DNA of 64,000 bases from an uncultured bacterium (lineage in GTDB: Bacteria > Verrucomicrobiota > Verrucomicrobiia > Verrucomicrobiales > DEV007). This document shows positions 46,908 through 56,000 of the stretch, piece by piece; position 1 is the stretch's first letter, and each line of letters opens with the position of its first letter. The position numbers were made by a program, and so were the translations under genes. A model generated the notes under the pieces. The model saw only the letters and a list, made by a program, of their open reading frames with translations. It was not told the origin of the DNA and made no database searches. The stretch is from the NCBI GenBank assembly GCA_963977015.1, contig CAXBMO010000012.1, positions 102,602-166,601 of the forward strand, given 5' to 3'.

Positions 46908-46956
46908 GCGCGTCAGCGTCCGGGAGTGCGGAGGCAAGCGCTAGCGCCGACTCCGC
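46908..46956. repeat. Left arm of a long inverted repeat
   Basis: gcgcgtcagcgtccgggagtgcggaggcaagcgctagcgccgactccgc. By hand alignment it shares perfect 26-nt and 13-nt blocks with the reverse complement of 47125-47171. Confidence 0.8.
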
Positions 46957-47124
46957 TTTCGAACGGCTCCCAAAACGTGGAACGCCAAACCCCTCCTCTG
47001 GTCCTGGAATCTTGCGCCACCATCCCGAAGCGGCGCCCCCGAGAAACGCTGCCGCTCTGAAGTCTGGCCAGGGTGCCATCGGAGGAGCGATGAGAATATT
47101 CGCAACTTCTTCCTCGCCACGTAA

Positions 47125-47171
47125 GCGGAGTCGGCGCGTTGCTTGCCTCCGCACTCCCGGACGCTGGCGCG
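47125..47171. repeat. Right arm of the long inverted repeat
   Basis: gcggagtcggcgcgttgcttgcctccgcactcccggacgctggcgcg. It lies 20 nt from the stop of the RAYT-like gene. Confidence 0.8.
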
Positions 47172-47191
47172 AATCATGAGGCGCTTTATCG

Positions 47192-47767
47192 TCATCCGCG
47201 ATAGACGTCGAAGTCGTCTTCGGCCTCAAGCCGGTCGGTCTTGAAACGGTAGATCGAGGTGACCATGGCGGGGGAGGCGGTTCGCTCGAACCACGATGCC
47301 GAGCACCAGGGGTATTGATTCGCGACCGGAACGAGTTCGTGTTTCACGGCGTTGTGATGCACGTAGTTGAGCCGGGCGAGGTAGGAGCGCTGCCGGGTGA
47401 GCCGCAACTCCCAGTAGTTGTGCCAGACCTGGCGACCCGGGGTGTCATCCAGCAGGTTCATCGCTTCCGCGGTGCCCGAATGGAGTTGCCCGAGGAACGT
47501 TGGGAGCGATTCAGCGCCGGATTCCGCCTTCGGCGAGTGCGCCACAAAGTGGTAGTGGTTGGAAAAGACAGCCCACGCTTCCAGTTGCCAGCCAAAGTGG
47601 CTCGCCTTCTCCAGCAAGGCATGGTGGAGGATGCGCAGGCGCTTCCGGCTGCGAAAAACATGGGTATGGTTGAGGGTCGCGGCCGTGATGTAGTAGGTGC
47701 CCGCTTCCTGAAGCACATGAAGCGGCGCATGAGGCCAGGGCAGCGTTTCTGATTCCTCCTCCGGCAT
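47192..47767 (-). CDS. IS200-like / RAYT-like HUH protein (paralog of 24748-25341)
   Basis: WPHAPLH, HUH motif SNHYHFVAH, Tyr motif LARLNYVHHNAVKHELV. Confidence 0.7.
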   Translation of the reverse strand: MPEEESETLPWPHAPLHVLQEAGTYYITAATLNHTHVFRSRKRLRILHHALLEKASHFGWQLEAWAVFSNHYHFVAHSPKAESGAESLPTFLGQLHSGTAEAMNLLDDTPGRQVWHNYWELRLTRQRSYLARLNYVHHNAVKHELVPVANQYPWCSASWFERTASPAMVTSIYRFKTDRLEAEDDFDVYRG

Positions 47768-47852
47768 GGGGAAGGGTGGGGAGGTGATTCAGGGTTGTCA
47801 ATCCGCGCATTGACAGGCCTCATCCAAAACGCTCAGATAGGTCACCCCACCG

Positions 47853-49286
47853 ATGATCAAAACCCTCTCCTTCTTTCTGCTGCTCTGTGGCTGCAGTCTT
47901 GTCTCTGCCAATGACGAACGCCTGAATGTTGTCTGGATCATTTCCGATGATCTGGGGCCTGAGTTGGGCTGTTACGGGTATCCGGAGGTTGCGACTCCCA
48001 ATCTGGATCGGCTTGCCGCGGAGGGAACTCGCTTCACCCGTGCGTTTTCGACGGCGCCGGTGTGTTCCTCTTCGCGAACCGCGTTTCAGACGGGGCAGTA
48101 TCAAACGACGGTGGGTGGGCATCATCACAATACCCGCGACAAGCGGGAACTCCCTGACGCGTATTCGACGATCACGGAGGTGATGCAGGACGGCGGATAT
48201 TTTGTGAGCAATGGGAGAGGGCTGGCGACGCCGGACAAGAAGCTCGCCAAATCCCACTTCAATTTCGTGTATGATGCGCGGGAGTTTTTTGATGGCGCGG
48301 ATTGGACGCAGCGAGCCGAGGGACAGCCGTTTTTCGCCCAGGTTCAGATCAAGGAACCGCATCGGCCGTTTGTGAAAGACAGTCGACCTCGCCCGGATGC
48401 GCCGATTCCTCCGTATTACCCGGAACATCCGGTGACCCGCGCGGATTGGGCGAATTATCTGGCCAGCATCGAGGTGCTGGATCGAAAGGTCGGGGCGGTG
48501 TTGGACCGGCTCGATGCCGAAGGATTGGCGGAGAACACGTTGGTGATCTTTTTTGGCGATCACGGCCGTCCGCATGTTCGCGGGAAACAGTGGCTTTACG
48601 ATGGCGGGCTCCACACGCCGTTGATCATGCGTTGGCCGGGAACAATTAAGGCGGGCCAGGTGGATGACCGCTTGGTTTCGTTGATCGATCTGATGCCGAC
48701 GACGATAGCGGCGACCGGTGTCGAGGCGATGGAGTTACCCGGAGGTGATCTGCTCGATCCGGAATGGGGCGGTCACGAAATGCTGTTCGCGGCGCGCGAT
48801 CGTTGTGGTGACGCTGCGGACCGGATTCGTTCGGTCAGGACGAGCGAGTTCAAATACATTCGCAACTTCCATCCCGAGCTTCCCTATCTTCAGCACAGCG
48901 GTTACAAAAAGCTCTCGTATCCGACGGAGACGGTGATGAAGCAGTTGCATGCCGAAGGCAAATGGGACTCGCCGTTCATGGCGCAAACGCGCCCGAAAGA
49001 GGAACTCTACGATCTGACGCGCGATCCGCATGAAATGACGAATTTGGCTGAGGATCCGAAGTATGCGGAGCAGTTGGCGGCGTTGCGCGATGCGGTGAAT
49101 CAGTGGATCGAAGCTTCCGGTGACATGGGGCGAATCGATGAGCGCGAGACGGTGAATCTGGAAGGCGTCATGGCCGAGAAATGGCAGTGGTATGAAAAAT
49201 CGATGCGGAAACGGGGGCTGGATCCCGATGCGTCCGATGCCGAATATTTGAAATGGTGGGAACGCGAATTGGGTGTCGCTCCGTGA
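47853..49286 (+). CDS. Sulfatase (S1, SGSH-like) with non-canonical C-S-S-S-R motif
   Basis: Signal peptide, NVVWIISDDLGPE, APVCSSSRTAFQTGQY. Confidence 0.85.
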   Translation: MIKTLSFFLLLCGCSLVSANDERLNVVWIISDDLGPELGCYGYPEVATPNLDRLAAEGTRFTRAFSTAPVCSSSRTAFQTGQYQTTVGGHHHNTRDKRELPDAYSTITEVMQDGGYFVSNGRGLATPDKKLAKSHFNFVYDAREFFDGADWTQRAEGQPFFAQVQIKEPHRPFVKDSRPRPDAPIPPYYPEHPVTRADWANYLASIEVLDRKVGAVLDRLDAEGLAENTLVIFFGDHGRPHVRGKQWLYDGGLHTPLIMRWPGTIKAGQVDDRLVSLIDLMPTTIAATGVEAMELPGGDLLDPEWGGHEMLFAARDRCGDAADRIRSVRTSEFKYIRNFHPELPYLQHSGYKKLSYPTETVMKQLHAEGKWDSPFMAQTRPKEELYDLTRDPHEMTNLAEDPKYAEQLAALRDAVNQWIEASGDMGRIDERETVNLEGVMAEKWQWYEKSMRKRGLDPDASDAEYLKWWERELGVAP

Positions 49287-49354
49287 GCGGCTCCCCAGGA
49301 CAACTCGAACGAAATTTCTCGCGCAAACCCCATCGCTCTAGCAAACTCCCTTTT

Positions 49355-50914
49355 ATGAAAAACCTCCTCCTGTTTCTTCTCCTCGCAACATTGGCCAATT
49401 GGGCCGTTGCCGGTGACGCCAAGGGTTCTCGCCCCAACATCGTCTTCATTCTGTCCGATGACATGGGCTGGGGGCAACCCGGGTTTCATGGGGGAAACCC
49501 GGAGCTGACTCCGAACCTGGATGCGCTGGCGGGTGAGGGGATGCGGCTGAACGAGTATTATACCCACAGCGTGTGCGCGCCAACGCGAGCCGCGTTCTTG
49601 ACGGGGCGCTACGCGTTTCGAACCTGGAGTGATTGGCGGTCCGAGGATTTTGGGAAGCCGAGTTATTTGGCGAAGCTGGGGCTCGAGTTGGCGCATAACG
49701 AGCGCGGAGAGCCGACCCGCCGGATTCACGCGCTGGATACGGAGGAACGCACCGTCGCGGAGGCGCTCCAGGATGCCGGGTATTTCACCTCGCTCATCGG
49801 CAAGTGGCACCTGGGCGAGTGGCTTCCCGAGCACCTCCCGATGGGGCAGGGGTTTGAGCATCAATACGGGCACTACGCGTGGGGAATCGATTACTACAAC
49901 AAGACGATTGTCCACAATGCGCCGGCCCGATTTGCGGTTTACGACTGGCATCGCAACCAGAAACCGATTCAGGAGGACGGGTATGCGACGGACCTGATCG
50001 CGGCGGAAACCGAGCGCGTGATTACGGCGCGGAAGGACGACGATCGTCCGTTCTTCATCTACGTTGCGTTTAACGCGGTTCATGGGCCGCTGAATCCGCC
50101 GCCGGGATTTGCGGGTGACGCGGATGATCCGCTCGCGATTCGCGATGCGATGCTGGCGAGCCTCGATCAGGCGGTTGGCCGGATCAAACGTGCGGTGGAT
50201 GACAACGGGTTTCGCGACAACACGCTCTTCATCTTTTCCAATGACAACGGGCCCGTGCTTGAGGAGATGAGCAAGCCGTTCCGGGGAACGAAGAACACCA
50301 CGTTCGAAGGCGGGGTTCGGCAGCCGGCGATACTTCGGTGGCCGGGATACGTCGAGGCCGGAAGCGCCAAGGATGGGCTCGTGTTCATCACGGATTTTTT
50401 CCCGACGTTCATCACCCTGGCCGAAGGATCACACGAGCAGGAACGGGCGATTGACGGAATCGACATGACCGAAATGCTGTTCGGTGGCGCCAAGAGCGAG
50501 CGGACCGAGATCGTTTATGACGTTGCCGGTAGTGTGCGGCTTCCCACGATTCGGCAGGGCGATTTCAAACTGATGGGCGACGTGCTCTACAATGTCGCGG
50601 CTGATCCCGGTGAGCAGACCGACGTGGCCAAGCAACACCCGGAGTTGGTCCAGAAACTCAAGGCGCGAATCGATGCGGTTGGGAACGAGCGTCCGCCGCT
50701 TGGAGATAAGCCGCTCTTGATGGATCCGCCCTTGCCTTATGTCTATGGGCTGGAAGAACAGGCGGACGTTCCAGCCTGGTTGGTCGAAGCCGTGGACGCC
50801 ATCCGCGCAACTCAGCCGCAGGAATGGGCACCCGGAGAGACCCCCTGGCCCAAGGCACCACAGGGAGCGAGTGCGAGCAAGATGGATGGATTGCGCGACG
50901 AGGTGACCAAGTAG
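49355..50914 (+). CDS. Sulfatase (S1)
   Basis: ATG 49355, signal peptide MKNLLLFLLLATLANWAVA, PNIVFILSDDMGWG, FGly motif CAPTR. Confidence 0.85.
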   Translation: MKNLLLFLLLATLANWAVAGDAKGSRPNIVFILSDDMGWGQPGFHGGNPELTPNLDALAGEGMRLNEYYTHSVCAPTRAAFLTGRYAFRTWSDWRSEDFGKPSYLAKLGLELAHNERGEPTRRIHALDTEERTVAEALQDAGYFTSLIGKWHLGEWLPEHLPMGQGFEHQYGHYAWGIDYYNKTIVHNAPARFAVYDWHRNQKPIQEDGYATDLIAAETERVITARKDDDRPFFIYVAFNAVHGPLNPPPGFAGDADDPLAIRDAMLASLDQAVGRIKRAVDDNGFRDNTLFIFSNDNGPVLEEMSKPFRGTKNTTFEGGVRQPAILRWPGYVEAGSAKDGLVFITDFFPTFITLAEGSHEQERAIDGIDMTEMLFGGAKSERTEIVYDVAGSVRLPTIRQGDFKLMGDVLYNVAADPGEQTDVAKQHPELVQKLKARIDAVGNERPPLGDKPLLMDPPLPYVYGLEEQADVPAWLVEAVDAIRATQPQEWAPGETPWPKAPQGASASKMDGLRDEVTK

Positions 50915-50925
50915 GCAACGAAGCC

Positions 50926-51786
50926 TCAGCGGTTCATGACCTCGATCTGTTGAATACCGGTCCAGGTTTCGCCGGGCGCCAGCGTGCGTCGGGATTCCAC
51001 TTGAGCGGGCTCGATGCAGACGAAGCGTCGCCAGTCATCCGTCGGCATGTCGCCGATTCCATGTTCCGGGCCGGGATTCCAGACGACGAGGTCGGGGAAG
51101 TGCTCCGACGTGATGCGGAGGTTCACGGCTTCGTCCGCGAGAATTACTTCTTGGGAGCCGGCACCGAAATACCCCCGGTCGATTTCCTCGCCGAACGTGA
51201 TTTCGGCCTTGGGATCCGTTTCACGTTGCTTCGTTACCTCGTTGACGAATTCCCGTCCAGCCAAGCCGCGAACGACGGAGGTTTCCACGTTGCTGACTTG
51301 AAGGTAGGTATGTAGCGCGGCGTGAAACTCGAACGATTTCGAACCGAGATTCTGCACGGTCATCTGAATCTGAAGGTCGGAATTCCCCAGCACGACACCG
51401 ATCTCAAGCGCAGTTTCGTAGGGCCACTCCGGTTGGCTGGAGGTCGTCGTCTGCAACTTCAGGGTTCCGCTCTCCAAATTGGCTTCCCACTCCGCCTTGC
51501 GGGCAAAACCGTGACGCCCGAGCGGGCCGTGATCGCTGAATTGGGGGAAAATCACCGGGACTCCGCCTCGGATCGCTTTTCCGGTTCCGTAGTCGGCCGT
51601 TTCGCTGAGATAAAGGCGTTCCTGACCGTCCGCCGTTTTCCACGAAATCAGATGCCCGCCGTGTTGCGCAAAGGTCGCCTCAGCGCCGGATTCGTGCGTC
51701 AACTGATAGCACGCGATTCCTTGAGGACCGGACGTCGGGGAAAGCTGATGAGCAGGCGGGTTTTCGGGAGAGAGATTCGTGTCCAT
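50926..51786 (-). CDS. Aldose 1-epimerase family protein (D-hexose-6-phosphate mutarotase-like)
   Basis: GGVPVIFPQFSDHGPLGRHGFARKAEW and the C-terminal FVCIEP pattern typical of the YeaD-like group. Confidence 0.7.
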   Translation of the reverse strand: MDTNLSPENPPAHQLSPTSGPQGIACYQLTHESGAEATFAQHGGHLISWKTADGQERLYLSETADYGTGKAIRGGVPVIFPQFSDHGPLGRHGFARKAEWEANLESGTLKLQTTTSSQPEWPYETALEIGVVLGNSDLQIQMTVQNLGSKSFEFHAALHTYLQVSNVETSVVRGLAGREFVNEVTKQRETDPKAEITFGEEIDRGYFGAGSQEVILADEAVNLRITSEHFPDLVVWNPGPEHGIGDMPTDDWRRFVCIEPAQVESRRTLAPGETWTGIQQIEVMNR

Positions 51787-51870
51787 GGCCAGATAATCAT
51801 AAAAATGGACTAGCTGACCCTAGAATCCAGACTTTTTCTCGGGTCAAGTTGGGCTCAAGATTGCTCTGCC

Positions 51871-53010
51871 ATGACAACCCCACTTGCAAAACCCCGCATC
51901 GCCATCATCGGCCTCGGCTTCGGAGCCGAATTCATCCCGATCTACCAACGCCATCCGAATGCCGAAATTACCGCCGTTTGTCAGCGCAACCCGGATTCCC
52001 TCAAGGAGATCGCCGACAAGTTTGGCGTCGAAAGGCGCTTCACGGATTACGATGAGCTTCTCGCCGATCCCGAGATCGACGCCGTTCATATCAACACGCC
52101 GATTCCGGATCATGCGGAACACACGCTCAAGGCAATGCGGGCGGGCAAGCACGTCGCCTGCACCGTTCCGATGGCGACGAGCGAGGCAGACTGCAAGGCG
52201 ATCGTCGAGTTGAGCGCCGAAACGGGGCTGCGCTACATGATGATGGAGACGGTCGTTTACGCGCGCGAATTCCTCTACATGAAGGAGCTTTTCGATACCG
52301 GTGAACTCGGGAAGCTGCAGTTTCTCAAGGCGAGTCATCAGCAGGACATGGATGGTTGGCCCGGATATTGGCCCGGCCTTCCTCCGATGCATTACGCGAC
52401 CCATTGCGTTGGTCCAGTGTTGGGTCTCGCCCGCAACGAGGCGGAATACGTGAGTTGTTTTCCGAGCGGCACGATTCGGGAGGAGATGCATGGATGCTAC
52501 GGTTCGCCGTTCGCGGTGGAGACGACCCATATCAAATTTGCGGACAGCGACCTCAGCGCGCAGGTTTATCGTTCGCTCTTTGATGTCGCTCGCCAGTATC
52601 GCGAGAGCTTCGAGGTCTACGGTTCAAAGAAGGCGGTTGAATGGCCGTTGATCGAGGGAGAGCCGCTGGTGGTTCATACCGCGAAAAAGCCTGAGCCTGA
52701 GATTCCCGAGAAGCAGGAGTGTCCGGACTACGGCCATCTTCTGCCGGACGAAATTGCGCCGTTTACCCAGGGCGGCGTTTATGGTGGTGAGGAAGGGGAA
52801 GAGCACCTCAGCTTTACCCAGGGGGCCGGGCATGGCGGATCTCACCCGCATCTCGTTCATCAATTCGTCGAGCTTTTGCGGGGAACTGGTGAAGGGTATC
52901 CGAATGCGGTGCAATCCGCGAACATCACCCTCACCGGCATTCTTTCCCATGAAAGCGCGCTCGAGGGTGGTGCGCTGAAGCGACTCCCGAAGTGGAGCCT
53001 TTCCTCCTGA
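51871..53010 (+). CDS. Gfo/Idh/MocA-family NAD(P)-dependent oxidoreductase
   Basis: Rossmann N-terminus PRIAIIGLGFGAEF, and EHTLKAMRAGKHVACTVPMA. Confidence 0.8.
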   Translation: MTTPLAKPRIAIIGLGFGAEFIPIYQRHPNAEITAVCQRNPDSLKEIADKFGVERRFTDYDELLADPEIDAVHINTPIPDHAEHTLKAMRAGKHVACTVPMATSEADCKAIVELSAETGLRYMMMETVVYAREFLYMKELFDTGELGKLQFLKASHQQDMDGWPGYWPGLPPMHYATHCVGPVLGLARNEAEYVSCFPSGTIREEMHGCYGSPFAVETTHIKFADSDLSAQVYRSLFDVARQYRESFEVYGSKKAVEWPLIEGEPLVVHTAKKPEPEIPEKQECPDYGHLLPDEIAPFTQGGVYGGEEGEEHLSFTQGAGHGGSHPHLVHQFVELLRGTGEGYPNAVQSANITLTGILSHESALEGGALKRLPKWSLSS

Positions 53011-53038
53011 GTTTCCCCATTCTGACCCCTGTAGAGAA

Positions 53039-56000
53039 ATGAAAACCCCCTTCATTGTCCTCCTGGCGATCCCTTCGCTCCTGGTTGCCGAAAGTTCGTG
53101 GAAAACCACGCCCTTGATCGGCGACTTCCATGCGGAAGGTGCGGGAGTCGGTGACATCAACGGGGATGGCAACCCTGACATCGCCTACGGTCCGTTCTGG
53201 TTCGCTGGCCCGGATTTCTCGAAACAGAATCGCTTTGCGGATGGAGATCCTTTCGATGGCGGAACCGGGTATTCCGACAATTTTTTCAGCTTTGTCAGGG
53301 ATTTCAACGGCGATGGGAAGAACGACATTCTCGTGTTCGGATTTCCCGGAAAGTCAGCGCGGCTTTATCTGAACAGCGCTGCGGAACGTTGGGAAATGAT
53401 CGAAGTCGCCGATCAGGTTGCGAATGAATCTCCCCATCTCATCGATCTGATTCCGGGAGGGGTTCCCGAAATCGTGTGTGCCCGCAGCAAGACCTACGGC
53501 TATTACGAGGCGGGTGAGGATGCGACGAAACCCTGGACCTGGCACACGGTCTCCGGTCCCAACGAAGCGGCGACGCCGTTTGGTCATGGACTTGGGGTTG
53601 GCGATATCAACGGGGACGGGCGGGCGGACGTCGTCGAACGGATGCACTGGTATGAGCAACCGGCCAATCCCGGCGATGGCCCGTGGAAGAAACACAACTG
53701 GGCCATGGTTCCCTACGGCGGCGGTGGCGCGCAAATGCTGGTTGATGATGTTGATGGCGATGGCGACAACGACATCATCACCTCCCTGAATGCGCACGCC
53801 TATGGAATTGCCTGGTTCGAGCAGGTGTCGCCGGGCAAGTTTGCGCGTCACAACATCGTTGGGCAAACCTCGACCGAGAATCGGCATGGTGTTGCGTTTT
53901 CCCAACCCCATGCGCTCGCCCTGGCCGACATGGACGGCGATGGCCGGAACGATTTTGTGACCGGGAAACGCTACTTTGCGCACAAGGGCCGGGATCCGGG
54001 AGGATTGCAGGATGCGGTGCTTTACTGGTTTCGGAACACCGTTCGTGGCGGCGAGATTGAGTTTGTGCCTCACCTGGTCGATGATGACTCCGGCGTTGGA
54101 GTCGAGGTGAAGGTGGTGGATCTGAATGGGGACGAGAGGCCTGACATTGTCACCAGCAGCAAGAAGGGGCTGATCGTTCATACGCAGACCGGGGCGGGGC
54201 ATGCGGCGATGGAGTCCTGGAAGGAGGAGTCGCGCAGAACCCAGGATACCTACGGAACGAAACTTTCGCCCGAAGCGGCTCGGGATCAGACGGATGTTCC
54301 CGATGGCTTCTCGCTCGATCTGATTGCGGCGGAACCGAACGTCACCCAGCCGATTGCGATGACGTTCGACGCCCGTGGCCGCATCTGGGTGATTGAAGGT
54401 CACACGTATCCGCAACGGGCTCCCGAAGGGGAGGGGCGGGACCGCATCATCATTCTGGAAGACCGCAATGCGGACGGCAGCTTTGAAACGAGGAAGGTTT
54501 TTGCCGAGAACCTCAACCTTGCGAGCGGGATTGAGATTGGGTTCGGGGGCGTCTATGTCGGCGCGGCGCCCTATTTGCTTTTCTTTCCCGACAAGAATCA
54601 GGACGATGTGCCTGACGGAGAACCTGAGATCCTCCTCGACGGCTGGGGATATCAGGATACCCACGAAACGCTCAATGCCTTCACCTGGGGGCCGGATGGT
54701 TGGCTTTATGGATGTCACGGCGTTTTCACCCATTCCAAAGTCGGCAAGCCGGGAACTCCCAATGATGAACGGACGCGGATCAATGCCGGAGTCTGGCGGT
54801 TTCATCCCGTCAGCAGGCAGTTCGAAGTTTACGCGCATGGCACGAGCAATCCCTGGGGCGTCGACTTCAATGAATACGGCGACTGGTTTGTCAGCGCCTG
54901 TGTCATCCCGCATTTCTATCATCTCAGTCACGGAGGGCGTTACCAGAGACAGGCGGGACAGCATTTTGATCCGTTCACGTTTGATGACATCAAGACGATC
55001 GCAGACCACGTGCACTACCTCGGAAATATTCGGGCGCTCAAGGATGTCCGCGGGGGCCGCCTTTCGGAAGAGCAGGCCGATACGGCCGCGTTGGGTGGTG
55101 GCCATGCCCACTGTGGGCTGGCGATCTACGATGCGCCCGAGTTTCCCGCAGCGTTCCGTGGTGAAGCGTTTTTTCACAATCTTCACGGGCATCGCCTGGT
55201 CCGGGAACAACTGGGTCACGACGGTTCGGGGTATCTCGCCAGGCATCGTCCGGATTTTGTGCTGACCAACAATCATGACTTTGTCGGCGTGGGCGTGATG
55301 CAGGGGCCGGACGGCGCGCTGTATTATTCGGACTGGGTCGATCCACAAACCTGTCATCACCGGGATGTCGAAGTTTGGGATCGGGCGAATGGGCGCATTT
55401 TTCGGGTTCGATACGGCGAGGCGAAAACGACGGTCACCAACCTGCTGGTCCAGTCCGACGTGGAATTGGTGGCGACATTGGGGCATGCGAACTCGTTTTT
55501 CGCGCGCCAGGCCCAGCGTCTGCTTCAAGAGCGGGCGGCCGCCGGGACTTTGGATGGGGAAGCGGTCGATTTGGCCCTGACACAGTTCGAAAGCCGTCAC
55601 TCGGGCGATGTCCCGATGCGCCTGCGGGCGTTGTGGGCCCGCCACGTCACCGGCCTGCTCAGCGGGGAGCTCCTGATGGCGGCGCTTGCCGACCCGAGCG
55701 AACATGTTCGCGGCTGGGCCGTGCAGTTGGCTCAGCCCAACACAGCGATTCTCACTCAACTCGCCACCCTGGCGAAGCATGATGATTCATTGATCGTGCG
55801 CCGTTATCTTGCATCCAAACTGCAGTTCCTGCCGCTCGATGATCGTTGGGACATCGCCCGGGGCCTCATCGCGCATTCCCGCAGTCAATTTGATCGCAAT
55901 ATTCCGTTTCTCGCCTGGTACGGAATTGCGCCGCTGGTCGAGGCGGACCCTGCCAGCGCGCTTCAACTGGTTGGTCAGACCCCGTGGCCGCAGCTCAAGG

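Noticed and set aside
45214-47229. Upstream ~670 codons of the 1155-aa minus-strand ORF 43762-47229
   Set aside because: This part is antisense to a clear plus-strand sulfatase (CAPSR, 45331-46878) and then runs through the inverted-repeat element. The real minus-strand sulfatase starts with its signal peptide at ATG 45213 (MGTMKPQPLFALAVAVWALA).
53354-55780. 808-aa minus-strand ORF
   Set aside because: It is antisense to the 1,536-aa FG-GAP/dehydrogenase/HEAT/cytochrome gene, whose frame carries all the recognisable motifs.
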